Notes: generated from the letters alone by a model not told the origin. A stretch of DNA of 64,000 bases from Thermoanaerobaculia bacterium (GCA_963664405.1 OY761158.1:128001-192000), one strand, 5' to 3'. Shown: positions 18,366 to 28,702, counted from the stretch's first letter. Program-made: numbers and translations.

Positions 18366-19601
18366 TCAGGGGTGGTCCGCGAGCCAAGCTCTCGGGTCGA
18401 GCTCATAGGGCAGACAGGTGAGGCACTCGAGTCCATCGGCGTCAAGATAGAAGAGATCCTCGAGTCGCACTGCAAAGCTCTCCTCGGGGTAGTAGAGACC
18501 TGGCTCGAGGGTGAGAACGTCACCTTCCTCGAACCCGCCATCGGCGAGAGTGTTCTCGCGGCGAAACTCGGGGTATTCGTGAAGCTCGTAACCGACGCCG
18601 TGCCCAAGCCCGTGAACGTACCCGGAAGCGAGGTTCTCTTCGTCGAGCGAAGTGGCATGACCTGCCGCCCCCAGGTGCTCACAGACGGCGGTCTGAAGCT
18701 CCCAGCCCAGAGTGCCGACGGTGACCCGACTACGTGCCAGCTCGAGAGCCTCGTACACGCTCCTGTGCGCGGCCAACAGCCGCTCCGAAGGTGTGCCGAC
18801 ACAGAATGTACGAGTGCAATCCGCGTACATTCGCCGCCGCGGAAAGAGGTCAACGATCAGTGACACGCCCTCCCGAACAACACTCTCGTCGTGTCCAGTA
18901 TTGTGGGGTACGGCGCCTTCCCTACCTGGCGCCAGTAGGTTTCCTTCAGGCTCTTCGAGTCCGAGCGCGGCGAACAAGAGAGCGACCTCTCGGCGCAGGG
19001 TCGAGACCCGCAAGCGGCTCCCCCGCCACCATAGCTCTCCGTCTCTCGACGTCGCCCCGCCCAGAATTTCGACGATGCGTCTGAAGGCTCGCACGGTACC
19101 TCCCGCGACTTCACGAATCTCGGCGACCTCTGCCCTCGACTTTCGCTTTCTCAGTTGCAAGATCAAGGAGTTGCCGGAAACGAAGCTCCAACCTTCCGTT
19201 CGCAACTGGGTGATCGCCTCCTCGAGGTACCCACTGGAATAAGAACCGGCCAAAGCCAGCTTCCCCCGTGACAACCCTGCATGGAGCAGGCCCCTAGCCA
19301 GCGCCCAGGCGAGGACGACACCACGGCTCGCTCCCTCTCGCGCCGCACGGTCGATCTCGAGAGCTTCGGGGTCGAGGACAGCGAGTCCCGACAGCTCAGC
19401 CTCCTCACGTTCGAGTGGCGAGAAAAAGCCAAGCTTCGGCGCTCGTCCCTTCGGCGCGATCACAAAGCACTCACCGAGCCGGGAACGCCCGGTAAAGGGC
19501 ACCAGGTCCGGCTCTCGAGAGGAGGCTCCGAGGACCACGAGCGCATCAGCGCCTACTTCGCCCAGAAGACGATCTATGTGCTCTTGGTTTGGTGCGGCCA
19601 T
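18366..19601 (-). CDS. Xaa-Pro aminopeptidase (M24B family)
   Basis: VDLFP, YADCTRT, HGLGHGVG..HE, LEPGLY, RLED metal ligands. Confidence 0.9.
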   Translation of the reverse strand: MAAPNQEHIDRLLGEVGADALVVLGASSREPDLVPFTGRSRLGECFVIAPKGRAPKLGFFSPLEREEAELSGLAVLDPEALEIDRAAREGASRGVVLAWALARGLLHAGLSRGKLALAGSYSSGYLEEAITQLRTEGWSFVSGNSLILQLRKRKSRAEVAEIREVAGGTVRAFRRIVEILGGATSRDGELWWRGSRLRVSTLRREVALLFAALGLEEPEGNLLAPGREGAVPHNTGHDESVVREGVSLIVDLFPRRRMYADCTRTFCVGTPSERLLAAHRSVYEALELARSRVTVGTLGWELQTAVCEHLGAAGHATSLDEENLASGYVHGLGHGVGYELHEYPEFRRENTLADGGFEEGDVLTLEPGLYYPEESFAVRLEDLFYLDADGLECLTCLPYELDPRAWLADHP

Positions 19602-19648
19602 CGCCTTCAGGCTCGGGCCGCCAACCACGGCTGACAGCGAAGCCCCCT

Positions 19649-19984
19649 TTAGCCCTCACTGTTCCTGCGGATGAAGTCCTCGAAGGCGGGTTTCGGCATC
19701 GCGCCCATCATGCGATCGGCTACCTCACCATCCTTGAAAAGGATGAAAGTGGGAATGCTCGATACCTGGTACTGCATCGCCAGCTGCTGACTGCTGTCGA
19801 CATCGACCTTGGCAATGCGCAAACGCCCGTCCCACTCCTCTGCGAGCTCCTCGAGTACCGGGGCAACTTGACGACACGGGCCGCACCAAGTGGCCCAAAA
19901 GTCGACGATCACGGGCACATTCGAGCCCAAGACGGTCTCCTTGAAATTTTCCGTATCAACGTGGACGATCTTCTCGCTTGCCAT
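19649..19984 (-). CDS. trxA: Thioredoxin
   Basis: VDFWATWCGPC, SIPT; 111 aa. Confidence 0.97.
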   Translation of the reverse strand: MASEKIVHVDTENFKETVLGSNVPVIVDFWATWCGPCRQVAPVLEELAEEWDGRLRIAKVDVDSSQQLAMQYQVSSIPTFILFKDGEVADRMMGAMPKPAFEDFIRRNSEG

Positions 19985-20030
19985 TCAATTCTCTCCTTCT
20001 GGCAGGAACTCGGTCTTTCTTGTTGGTTTC

Positions 20031-20984
20031 CTATCGAGGCTCTACTTCTTGGAGGCTGGCAAAATAGGACCTTGCCCTCTCCACGTCGCGCCCGATCTGG
20101 GCCGACAGATCCATCATACTGGGGAAGATGCGCTCCTCACGCAAACGCTTGAAAAAGCTCAGGTCGACCCGCTCACCGTACACATCGGCGTTGAAGTCGA
20201 GGATGTGGCTCTCGACCACTCGCTGGTAGTTCTCGTACACAGTAGGTCGAGTTCCGATGTTGGTGACCGCATCGAAGGTCGCTGGAAAGGTCGGAAAATG
20301 CACGCGGCAAGAATAGACTCCGTCGTCGGGTACGAGATCGTTGTCGGCGACGACATTGATGGTGGGCCAGCCGAGGCGCTTTCCCATCCGGTCGCCGCGG
20401 GCGATGAGACCGGTGATGGAGTAAGGGCGCCCGAGAAGCTCTCGAGCTTCGGCAACCTCGCCCTCCAGCAGCGCATGCCGAATGCGAGTGCTCGAGACCG
20501 CATCTCCGTGCATCTCCACTTCATCGACCGCGGTCGCACTGAAACCGAAGCTGTCCGCCATCTGCCGCAGCAGTGAAAGATCGCCGCCACGATCGTGACC
20601 GAAGGAGAAGCGGGAGCCGACGTAGATCTCTTTTGCATCGAGTGTGCGATGAAGAAAGTCACGAACGAAGGTCCGAGCCGGTAGACGAGAGAACTCGGTC
20701 GTGAAGCGGATCACGAGGACGACATCAATGCCAAGCTCGTCGAGAATGGCCTCCTTCTGCCTCTGGGTGGTGAGCAGGGGAACGGTGGATTCGGGACGGA
20801 GCACGCTCCTGGGATGGGGCTCGAAGGTCACTACTGCGGTGGGAAAGCCGGTCTCGACTCCGCGAGCCTTGACCAGGTCCAGGACCTCTCGCTGGCCCAA
20901 ATGGATGCCGTCGTAGTTCCCGATCGTGGCGATAACGCCACGGGGAACGTCGCCCGCGTTCATGGCGTCGTGGACTACTTGCAT
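20031..20984 (-). CDS. ribF: Bifunctional riboflavin kinase/FAD synthetase
   Basis: IGNYDGIHLGQ, TFEPHP, VSSTRIR, LGWPTIN, NIGTRPT. Confidence 0.96.
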   Translation of the reverse strand: MQVVHDAMNAGDVPRGVIATIGNYDGIHLGQREVLDLVKARGVETGFPTAVVTFEPHPRSVLRPESTVPLLTTQRQKEAILDELGIDVVLVIRFTTEFSRLPARTFVRDFLHRTLDAKEIYVGSRFSFGHDRGGDLSLLRQMADSFGFSATAVDEVEMHGDAVSSTRIRHALLEGEVAEARELLGRPYSITGLIARGDRMGKRLGWPTINVVADNDLVPDDGVYSCRVHFPTFPATFDAVTNIGTRPTVYENYQRVVESHILDFNADVYGERVDLSFFKRLREERIFPSMMDLSAQIGRDVERARSYFASLQEVEPR

Positions 20985-22369
20985 GCCACGACACTCCGGC
21001 TCGGTGAACTATCGCTTGGAGTCAGAATGTGCCCCACCAGATCGTCCGCATAGGCCTCGACGATCTTCACCCGGGCGAGCTCACCCGGCGCGCACTGCCC
21101 CTTGGCCAAGAGCAGTCTGCCATCGATTCCCGGTGCCATGCCCTGATGGCGTCCCTCGAGCAGGTGCTCGGTCTCTTCGCAGACTCCTTCCACCAGAACT
21201 TCCAGATCCTCTCCGACCAGTTTCTCTCTACGGCCCAAAGAGATAGGTCTCTGCAGCTCCAACAGTCTGGCGCGACGTTCTTCCGCGACCCGACGCGTGC
21301 TCACGCTATCGAGCTCTGCGGACGGAGTTCCCTCCTCCGGGCTGTAGACGAAGGCTCCGACATGATCGAGGGAGGCCTTCTCCACAAATCGCTCGAGATG
21401 GCGAGAATGCTCTTCGGTCTCGTTGGGAAATCCAACGATAAACGTGCTCCGCAGCCAGATCTCCGGCACCAAGGCGCGGGCCGAATCGAGCAGTTCCAAG
21501 TACTGACTCTCATTCCCCGCCCGCCTCATCACTTTGAGGACCTCGGGATGGCTGTGCTGAAGGGGAATGTCCAGATAGGAACAGAAGCGCTCTTCTTCGC
21601 CCATCAACTGAAGTAGCTCGCGATCGAGAGTAGAAGGATACGCGTAGAGGAAGCGAATCCAAGGAGCATCACAGCCAGCCAGAAGGGCCTCGACCAATCT
21701 CAGCAGGCCGTGTCGGCCGAGCCCCAGATCCTCTCCATAGCGCGTAGTGTCCTGAGCGACCAGGCACACTTCGCGTGCTCCACGATCGACCAGCTCGCGC
21801 GCCTCGGTAACCAGGCTGGCGATGCTGCGGCTACGAAACCTGCCACGCCACTGCGGTATGGCACAGAAGGTACAGGGGTTATTACACCCCTCCGCAACCT
21901 TGAGATACGCGTAGCCCGGAGTGGTCAATCGCCGAGCGTCGCTTTCATCGAAAACCATTTCGGAACGACTCGGAGACGGGGCCGCGGCGCCGAGGTGCAC
22001 CAGGTCGCCTACTTCGCGTAGATCGTCGAGGCCCAGGAAGACGTCGATCTCGGGAATCTCTCGAGCCAGTTGCTCGGCATAGCGATTCACCATGCAGCCG
22101 GCCACGACAAGTCTTTCGAGCCCATCGCCCTTGCGCGCGGCTACTTCCAGAATCGTATCGATCGACTCTTGCTTGGCCTCGTCGATGAAGGCACAGGTGT
22201 TGACGATGATCGTGTCCGCTGCGTCGAGACTCTGGGTGAGCTCGTAACCCTCGGCCTCGAGGCGACCGAGCATGATCTCGGTATCGACCCGATTTTTCGG
22301 ACAGCCGAGACTGATCATGCCGACCCGGCGCGGGCGCGTCGGGGCCTTACCTGGGAGATCCTCCTTCAT
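20975..22369 (-). CDS. rimO: Ribosomal protein S12 methylthiotransferase
   Basis: SLGCPKNRVD, NTCAFI, EGCNNPCTFCAIP radical-SAM motif, APGIDG TRAM domain. Confidence 0.95.
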   Translation of the reverse strand: MKEDLPGKAPTRPRRVGMISLGCPKNRVDTEIMLGRLEAEGYELTQSLDAADTIIVNTCAFIDEAKQESIDTILEVAARKGDGLERLVVAGCMVNRYAEQLAREIPEIDVFLGLDDLREVGDLVHLGAAAPSPSRSEMVFDESDARRLTTPGYAYLKVAEGCNNPCTFCAIPQWRGRFRSRSIASLVTEARELVDRGAREVCLVAQDTTRYGEDLGLGRHGLLRLVEALLAGCDAPWIRFLYAYPSTLDRELLQLMGEEERFCSYLDIPLQHSHPEVLKVMRRAGNESQYLELLDSARALVPEIWLRSTFIVGFPNETEEHSRHLERFVEKASLDHVGAFVYSPEEGTPSAELDSVSTRRVAEERRARLLELQRPISLGRREKLVGEDLEVLVEGVCEETEHLLEGRHQGMAPGIDGRLLLAKGQCAPGELARVKIVEAYADDLVGHILTPSDSSPSRSVVACK

Positions 22370-24225
22370 GGCGACGAGGGGGCGGCTGGCTTCGACTCCA
22401 ATCCGGTCACGAGCTCCTCCATCCAGAGGTGCTCTCCTTTCATCACGTTCATCGCCGTCCGATACTTTTCGACGTCCTCATTCCGCCACAGGTCTCGAAA
22501 CAGCTCTTCTACGCGTCGCCGCGAACCTCGGCAGAAGACATCGGCGAGCTCGGCCGCCGGGGCACCTAGCTCGTCGTCCTTGCGCGACATGGCGAGGGCT
22601 CTCGAGGCGGAAGCAGAGATGGCGAAGAGCTCGTTGACGATATCAACAAGGCGAAAGAGAAAGGCCTGCTTTTGCTCCAATTGAGCCCTGTGGACCAACA
22701 TGCCATGAAAACTCTCTCGCGCCAGCTTCCGCGACTTGCGCTCCACGAAGCGCAGATGTGTGGCGAGAGCCCCGAACTCGCCGTAGCGAGGCCAACGGCC
22801 CCACCCCAGCCAACGCGTCGGGTACCACCAGGCATAAAAGAAGGCCACGGCCGGAAGCGCCGCGAGCTTCTCTCCAACACCCTTCTTTGGATCCACCAAG
22901 GCGCCGGCGACCTGTAAGTGCTTGTCTACCGCCTCACGAGCCATGATCAGATGCATGATCTCGCTCGATCCCTCGAAGATGCGATTGATGCGGAAGTCCC
23001 GCATCATGCGCTCGACCCCCCAGGCTTCCTCCCCGCGAGCCGCCAGCGAAGACTCCGTCTCGTAGCCGCGGCCGCCCCGGATCTGCATGGTCTCGTCAAT
23101 GATGTGCCAGCCTCGGTCGGTGTTCCACTCTTTACAGGCGGCCGCTTCGAGCCGAAGATCTCGGTCGCCCCTGTTGGCCATATCCGAAGCGAGCTTGACG
23201 ATCGACTCCATCGCGAAAGTCGTCGCGGCGATATCGCTGATCTTCTGAGCAATCGCCTCGTGGCGGCCTATGGGCAGCCCCCACTGGACCCGCTCGCTGG
23301 ACCACTTGCGCACGATGCGAAGGCACTGTTTGGCGACCCCGACACAGCCGTTGGGAATGGAAAGCCGACCATCGTTGAGGGTTGTGAGGGCGATTTTCAG
23401 CCCCTTGCCCTCCTTGCCGATCAGATTCGCCCGAGGTATGCGGACGTTGTCGAAGGCAATCACGCCGTTGGCGAGGGCCTTGAGTCCCATGAAGTAGCAA
23501 CGGCGCTCGACCGTGACCCCCGGCCACGCAGTCTCCACCACGAAAGCACTGATCTTCAAGGTTTCCGGGTCCGTCGCCATGACTACCAGAAGCTCCGCAA
23601 GGGTGCCGTTGGTACACCACAGCTTCTTGCCGTGGAGAACATAGTCATCCCCGTCGAGGACGGCGGTCGTCGACAAACGCGCCGGATCCGAGCCCGCTTG
23701 ATCCTCGGTCAGGGCGAAAGCGGAGATCGCACCCTTGGCGCAGCGAGGGAGATACTTCCTTTTCAGCTCCTCGGTGCCGAAGAGCTTCAGGGGCTGCGGG
23801 ACTCCGATCGACTGATGGGCGGACAGCAGCGCCATCACGTTGCCGTCGTGGGAGCCGACGAGCTCCATGACCTGCGCATACTCCACCTGGTCGAAGCCCA
23901 TCCCGCCGTACTCCTTCGGGATCTTCAGCCCAAAGGCGCCGAGCTCTCGCAGTCCGTCGAGGACATGCTGCGGGTAGTCTTCTCCTTCGTCGATCTCGAC
24001 CGGGTTCACCTCATCTCGCAGAAAGGCCTCGAATGCGCTGTAAAAGGCAACGAATTCGGGTCTCTCCGGCTTGAGCACTGGATAGGGATGAATCAGATCG
24101 AGGCGAAAATTGCCGAGGAACAGCTCGCGCATGAAGCTGGGCTGTGTCCACTCAGTCTCGCGGGACTCCTCCGCGACTCGGCGTGACTCTGCCTCGCTGA
24201 CCTGCCTGACCTCTTCGGCGCTCAC
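22366..24225 (-). CDS. Acyl-CoA dehydrogenase (FadE10/ACAD9-like long form)
   Basis: SAHQSIG, AFALTE..AGSD, KLWCTNG, QIRGGRGYE, RIFEGSSEI; GTG start after GGAGG. Confidence 0.93.
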   Translation of the reverse strand: MSAEEVRQVSEAESRRVAEESRETEWTQPSFMRELFLGNFRLDLIHPYPVLKPERPEFVAFYSAFEAFLRDEVNPVEIDEGEDYPQHVLDGLRELGAFGLKIPKEYGGMGFDQVEYAQVMELVGSHDGNVMALLSAHQSIGVPQPLKLFGTEELKRKYLPRCAKGAISAFALTEDQAGSDPARLSTTAVLDGDDYVLHGKKLWCTNGTLAELLVVMATDPETLKISAFVVETAWPGVTVERRCYFMGLKALANGVIAFDNVRIPRANLIGKEGKGLKIALTTLNDGRLSIPNGCVGVAKQCLRIVRKWSSERVQWGLPIGRHEAIAQKISDIAATTFAMESIVKLASDMANRGDRDLRLEAAACKEWNTDRGWHIIDETMQIRGGRGYETESSLAARGEEAWGVERMMRDFRINRIFEGSSEIMHLIMAREAVDKHLQVAGALVDPKKGVGEKLAALPAVAFFYAWWYPTRWLGWGRWPRYGEFGALATHLRFVERKSRKLARESFHGMLVHRAQLEQKQAFLFRLVDIVNELFAISASASRALAMSRKDDELGAPAAELADVFCRGSRRRVEELFRDLWRNEDVEKYRTAMNVMKGEHLWMEELVTGLESKPAAPSSP

Positions 24226-24335
24226 GACGCCTCCCTTGAGTGGTTTATGCGGGAGGGGTGGCCCTGGACCCACCCGAAGGTCCATTCTAGCAGCAACCGC
24301 AGCTCCGCAACCGCCCTCTTCCCCGCGAGTCGCGC

Positions 24336-24809
24336 TTCTCGGAGACGGCTCGCTCGATGACTCGCGGAATGGGCCCGCGCCGCTTCTCGGAGCGGATAGG
24401 AAGCAACGCCCAAGTGCGCCGTCCTCGGCGCCATGTTCAGCATCCGGAGGAAGTGATAGCCATCACCTCTGGAGGCGGGCACCGACTCCGCCGGATCGCC
24501 CGTTCTCGGAGACGGCTTGACCGAGGACTCGCAGAATCGACCCACGTCGCTTCCCGAAGCGGATAGGAAGCATCGCCCAAGTGCGCCGTCCTCGGCGCCA
24601 TGTTCAGCAGCCGGAGGAAGTGATAGCCATCACTTCTGGAGGCGGGCACCGACTCCGCCGGATCGCCCGTTCTCGGAGACGGCTTGACCGAGGACTCGCA
24701 GAATCGACCCACGTCGCTTCCCGAAGCGGATAGGAAGCATCGCCCAAGTGCGCCGTCCTCGGCGCCATGTTCGGCATCCGGAGGAAGTGATAGCCATCAC
24801 TTCTGGAGG
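24336..24809. repeat. Tandem array of ~2.8 structured 167-bp units
   Basis: 24476-24642 and 24643-24809 differ at 2 positions; partial copy 24336-24475 differs at ~14 of 140; each unit carries the hairpin GAAGTGAT-AGCC-ATCAC(T/C)TC. Confidence 0.95.
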
Positions 24810-24812
24810 ATG

Positions 24813-26126
24813 CTAAGGATAGATGCGATAGAGCATCCGTGGATACGGAATCGTCTCTCGCAAATGTTTGAGGCCCGCTACCCAAGCCACGAATCGCTCG
24901 ATCCCCATGCCGAAGCCGCTGTGGGGAAAAGTGCCGTAGCGGCGGATATCGAGATACCACTTAAAGGCCTCTAGTGGCAGATCGTGCTCTTCGAGCCGTT
25001 GCAACAAGAGATCGTAGTCGTGAATCCGCTGACTGCCTCCGATGATCTCTCCGTAGCCCTCCGGGGCAAGAATGTCGAGAGCGAGCGCGGTCCGCGGGTC
25101 CAAATCGTCGGGCTGCATATAGAAGGCTTTGACCTCTTTCGGAAAGTGCGTGAGCATCATCGGGCGGTTGTGCTCCAGAGCCAGGGCAGTTTCCTCTTCG
25201 GCGCCGAAGTCAGAGCCCCACTCCACTGCCCGACCCTGCCCCTGCAGCGTCACGAGAGCCTCCTCGTAGCGTACTCGCGGAAACGGACGCTTGACCTCTT
25301 CGAGCACACTGGTATCGCGCTCGAGCACATCGAGGGGCTCCTTACACCGCTCCAGGACGCGCTCCACCAGAGAACAAACAAACTCCTCCGCCAACTCGCA
25401 GAGCCCCTCGAACTCCAAAAAGGCAACTTCGGGCTCGACCATCCAAAACTCCGTAAGGTGTCGACGGGTCTTTGACTTCTCTGCCCGAAAGGTAGGCCCG
25501 AAGCAATAAACCTTACCGAGGGCGGCAGCCGCAGGCTCGAGGTAGAGTTGTCCCGACTGACTGAGAAATGCCGGGTCTCCGAAATAGTCGGTCTCGAAGA
25601 GTGTCGAGGTCCCCTCGCAGGCAGCCGGAGTCAGGATCGGCGAGTCGATCAGGGTGAAGTCGCGCTCATAGAAGAAGTCGCGGATGCCCTGAGAGACTTC
25701 GCTGCGAATGCGAAGTGCGGCGCGTTGCCGACTGGAGCGAAGCCAGAGGTGGCGATGCTCCATGAGAAAGCTGACGCCGTGATCCTTCGGAGTAATCGGG
25801 TACTCCTCACTGGTCGCCACCGTTGCCACAGTCTTGGCGTGCAGCTCGTAGCCTCCAGGAGCGCGAGCATCAGCGCTGACGGTCCCGAGGACGTGCACCA
25901 CCGCCTCCTGACCGGCTCGCTGGACCTCTTCCCAGGCCTTCTCACCGACGTCAGCTCGGCTCGCGACCGCTTGCACGACTCCGCTCCCGTCCCGAATCTG
26001 GAGAAAGGCGATCTTGCCGCTCGACCTCTTTTTGTCGACCCAGCCACGAACCCAAACCGGGCTGCCGACATGTCTCCCCAGATCGCGGACCGGCACCACC
26101 GGCTCAGATTCGCGCACGCGCGGCAT
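24813..26126 (-). CDS. asnS: Asparagine--tRNA ligase
   Basis: OB-fold RGWV..KRSSGKIAF, HRHLWLRS, LSQSGQLYLE, FRAEKSKTRRHLTEFWM, PHSGFGMGIER; alternative GTG start 26117. Confidence 0.96.
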   Translation of the reverse strand: MPRVRESEPVVPVRDLGRHVGSPVWVRGWVDKKRSSGKIAFLQIRDGSGVVQAVASRADVGEKAWEEVQRAGQEAVVHVLGTVSADARAPGGYELHAKTVATVATSEEYPITPKDHGVSFLMEHRHLWLRSSRQRAALRIRSEVSQGIRDFFYERDFTLIDSPILTPAACEGTSTLFETDYFGDPAFLSQSGQLYLEPAAAALGKVYCFGPTFRAEKSKTRRHLTEFWMVEPEVAFLEFEGLCELAEEFVCSLVERVLERCKEPLDVLERDTSVLEEVKRPFPRVRYEEALVTLQGQGRAVEWGSDFGAEEETALALEHNRPMMLTHFPKEVKAFYMQPDDLDPRTALALDILAPEGYGEIIGGSQRIHDYDLLLQRLEEHDLPLEAFKWYLDIRRYGTFPHSGFGMGIERFVAWVAGLKHLRETIPYPRMLYRIYP

Positions 26127-26176
26127 TGTAGCAGCGCAAAGCAGCCGAGCTCAGACCCCGGGTAGGCTCAGCCGCC

Positions 26177-26875
26177 TCAGTCCTGCACCGACCAGGGCCG
26201 AGCAGCGAGAGCCTCTTGTGCGGCGAACTGCTCGGCGATCTTCTTGCTACTGCCGCTGCCCTCTCCGGCGGGCACGCCGTCGACCAGAACCTCGACGGTG
26301 AAAATCTTGCGGTGATCCGGACCTTCCTCAGCAACGACCCGGTAGATTGGAGGCTCGAGCCCCATCCCCTGCAGCTCCTCCTGTAGAGAGCTCTTGGCGT
26401 CGCTTCTTCCCGGGTCGGCGCGGGTGTAGGCGAAGTCGAGAAAAGATTCGATCACTCCCCGTGCCGCATCCAGCCCTCCGTCCAGGTAGACCGCGCCGAG
26501 AACCGCCTCCATCGAATCCGCCAGCAATGAGCTCTTGGCTCGTCCCCCGCTGCGCTCCTCACCTTGGCTGAGCAACAACAGAGAGCCGAGATCGAGCTTC
26601 TCAGCGTAGGCAGCGAGCGAGTCGGCAGAGACCAGTTGACTCTTCCGCAGCGCCAGATCCCCTTCGCGACTCTCGGCGAGCTCTCGATACAGCCATTCAG
26701 AAACGACCAGGCCCAGGACCGAGTCGCCGAGGAACTCCATCCGCTCGTAGTGCCGCCCCAGAGCGAGCTCATGCGCCGCCGAACGGTGAGTTCTGGCAGT
26801 CTCTAGAAAAGCCCTGTCAACGAACTGATAGCCCAGCCGAGCTTCGAAGTCGGCTAACTTCGCCGCGCTCTCCAT
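26177..26875 (-). CDS. rnc: Ribonuclease III
   Basis: THRS, YERMEFLGDSVL, ADSMEAVLGAVYLDGG, C-terminal dsRBD (GPDH, SKKIAEQ); start at ATG 26875. Confidence 0.95.
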   Translation of the reverse strand: MESAAKLADFEARLGYQFVDRAFLETARTHRSAAHELALGRHYERMEFLGDSVLGLVVSEWLYRELAESREGDLALRKSQLVSADSLAAYAEKLDLGSLLLLSQGEERSGGRAKSSLLADSMEAVLGAVYLDGGLDAARGVIESFLDFAYTRADPGRSDAKSSLQEELQGMGLEPPIYRVVAEEGPDHRKIFTVEVLVDGVPAGEGSGSSKKIAEQFAAQEALAARPWSVQD

Positions 26876-26880
26876 CCAGC

Positions 26881-28680
26881 TCAGCTCCTCCCGAAGCGGC
26901 GCTCGAGATCTCTGTCGTCCATCTTCAACACGATCGGCCGGCCGTGCGGACAGGCGTAGGGCTGCTCGGCGACGAAGAGCTCCGCGACCAGCTCTTCCAT
27001 CTCTCGCGGACTCAGTGGATGGTGCATCTTCACCGCGGCTCGGCACGACATGCTTGCTGCCAGAGTCTCGAGAAGACTTCGCTTCAGAGCCCCTCCGTCC
27101 TCCTCGGCTTCCCTCTCCCCGGTGGCGAGCCGGCGCATCAAACGCTCGGCCTCTTCGATTCGCAGCTCGGCGGGGATCGAGGCGATACCAAGAGTCGAGC
27201 CCGCCATCTCGACCATCGAGAAGCCGCAATCCTCCAGAACCGGTACCCACTGATGCAGGCACAGGCTCTCCGCCGCCGAAAGACTGAGCACTAGAGGCTC
27301 GAGCAGGGTCTGACTCTGGGGCAGATCCGACGCCAGCCGAGATCGAATACGTTCGAAGAGAACCCTCTCGTGGGCGACGTGCTGGTCGATGAGGTAGAGC
27401 GCATCGCTACCCTCGAAGAGCATCAGTGTGCCCTTGTATTGTCCGAGCAGGCGGAGAGAACGCTCACTACTACCGCGACCCGAGAGCCGCACCGAAGACT
27501 GCGACGAAAGGGCATACGAGGGCTCCGCGAGCTTTGCGCCGGCGGCGCCAGAATCGAAAGACTCTCTTACCTCTTCGCTTCTCCCCCAGCTGTGCCGATC
27601 CTCAGAGCGCCCGAGCCCGGTCCAGGCCAACGCCGGAGGTGAAGTGCCGGCTTGGAGCTCTCGAAGAGGCGCCGGCTCTTCGCCACGAGCTCTGGCGAGC
27701 CCTGTAGCAAGCATCTCCGACAGACCTGACAGAAAGCGAGGATCTCGGAAGCGTACTTCGACCTTCTGGGGATGTACATTGACATCCACCTCCTCCGCCG
27801 GCAATTCCAGAAAGAGAAAGAGCGCTGGGAAGTCGTCGCTCTTCCACTGCTCCCGCACAGCTCGGTAGAAGGTAGCCAAGACAGCCCGATCGCGGATCAG
27901 ACGACGGTTCACAAAAACGAAAATGCGGCGCCCGCGGGCGGTGTCGCGATCTCCGAGTAGACCAAATGCAAGTCCTCCACCGGCCAGATCCGAAGATGGA
28001 ATCTCGACCAGGTGGCCGGTGAGATCGCGACCGAATATCTGCTGAATGCGCTCCCGCAGACCCTCGACCCCGAAGCTCGTGGCCTCGGTGCGCAGCAAAG
28101 CTCTTCCCTCATGCCGGAGCTCGAAACCGACCTCCGGCCGAGCCAAAGCGTAGCCCTGAACGACTTCGACGCAGCGCCTCAATTCAGTCGTCGTCCGCTT
28201 CAGGAACTTGCGACGCGCGGGAACGTTGAAAAAAAGTGAGCGTACGGCAATCGTCGTGCCGCGACTACGGCTCGCCGGCTCGACCCCGAGAATGCGCTCG
28301 CCGTCAATTCGCACTCGCCACGCCTCGCCATCACTCTCCGCAGTCACCAGGTCGACCTTCGACACTGCTGCGATCGAAGCGAGGGCCTCGCCGCGAAACC
28401 CGAGGGTTGCCACCGCCTGCAGATCCTCGAAGCTAACGATTTTCGAAGTCGCGTGCCGGTCGAAGGCGAGAAGCGCGTCCTCTCTATCCATCCCATGGCC
28501 ATCGTCGCTCACCTCTACGAGGCGCTTACCCCCGGTCTCCAGCTCGACTCGCAGATGCTGAGCAGTACTGTCGAGAGCGTTCTCGACCAGCTCCTTGAGC
28601 ACCGACGAAGGGCGCTCGACCACCTCTCCGGCCGCGATCTGACTCACGATGTGATCTTTGAGAAGACGAATGCTCGGCAT
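26881..28680 (-). CDS. mutL: DNA mismatch repair endonuclease MutL
   Basis: IAAGEVVERP, HATSKI, GFRGEALASI, DQHVAHE endonuclease motif, CPHGRP. Confidence 0.97.
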   Translation of the reverse strand: MPSIRLLKDHIVSQIAAGEVVERPSSVLKELVENALDSTAQHLRVELETGGKRLVEVSDDGHGMDREDALLAFDRHATSKIVSFEDLQAVATLGFRGEALASIAAVSKVDLVTAESDGEAWRVRIDGERILGVEPASRSRGTTIAVRSLFFNVPARRKFLKRTTTELRRCVEVVQGYALARPEVGFELRHEGRALLRTEATSFGVEGLRERIQQIFGRDLTGHLVEIPSSDLAGGGLAFGLLGDRDTARGRRIFVFVNRRLIRDRAVLATFYRAVREQWKSDDFPALFLFLELPAEEVDVNVHPQKVEVRFRDPRFLSGLSEMLATGLARARGEEPAPLRELQAGTSPPALAWTGLGRSEDRHSWGRSEEVRESFDSGAAGAKLAEPSYALSSQSSVRLSGRGSSERSLRLLGQYKGTLMLFEGSDALYLIDQHVAHERVLFERIRSRLASDLPQSQTLLEPLVLSLSAAESLCLHQWVPVLEDCGFSMVEMAGSTLGIASIPAELRIEEAERLMRRLATGEREAEEDGGALKRSLLETLAASMSCRAAVKMHHPLSPREMEELVAELFVAEQPYACPHGRPIVLKMDDRDLERRFGRS

Positions 28681-28702
28681 GATGGGCTCGAACCCGGATC
28701 CG

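Noticed and set aside
15890-24186. Long antisense ORFs (e.g. 15890..17185, 22918..24186; also 59589..60626, 62487..63350)
   Set aside because: They lie opposite well-conserved genes, lack recognisable motifs and are expected shadows of high-GC codon bias.
24336-24809. CRISPR array or repeat-encoded small ORFs (24222..24545, 24437..24712, 24604..24960)
   Set aside because: Units are near-identical over the full 167 bp with no unique spacers and no cas genes. The period is not divisible by 3, so the ORFs change frame between copies.
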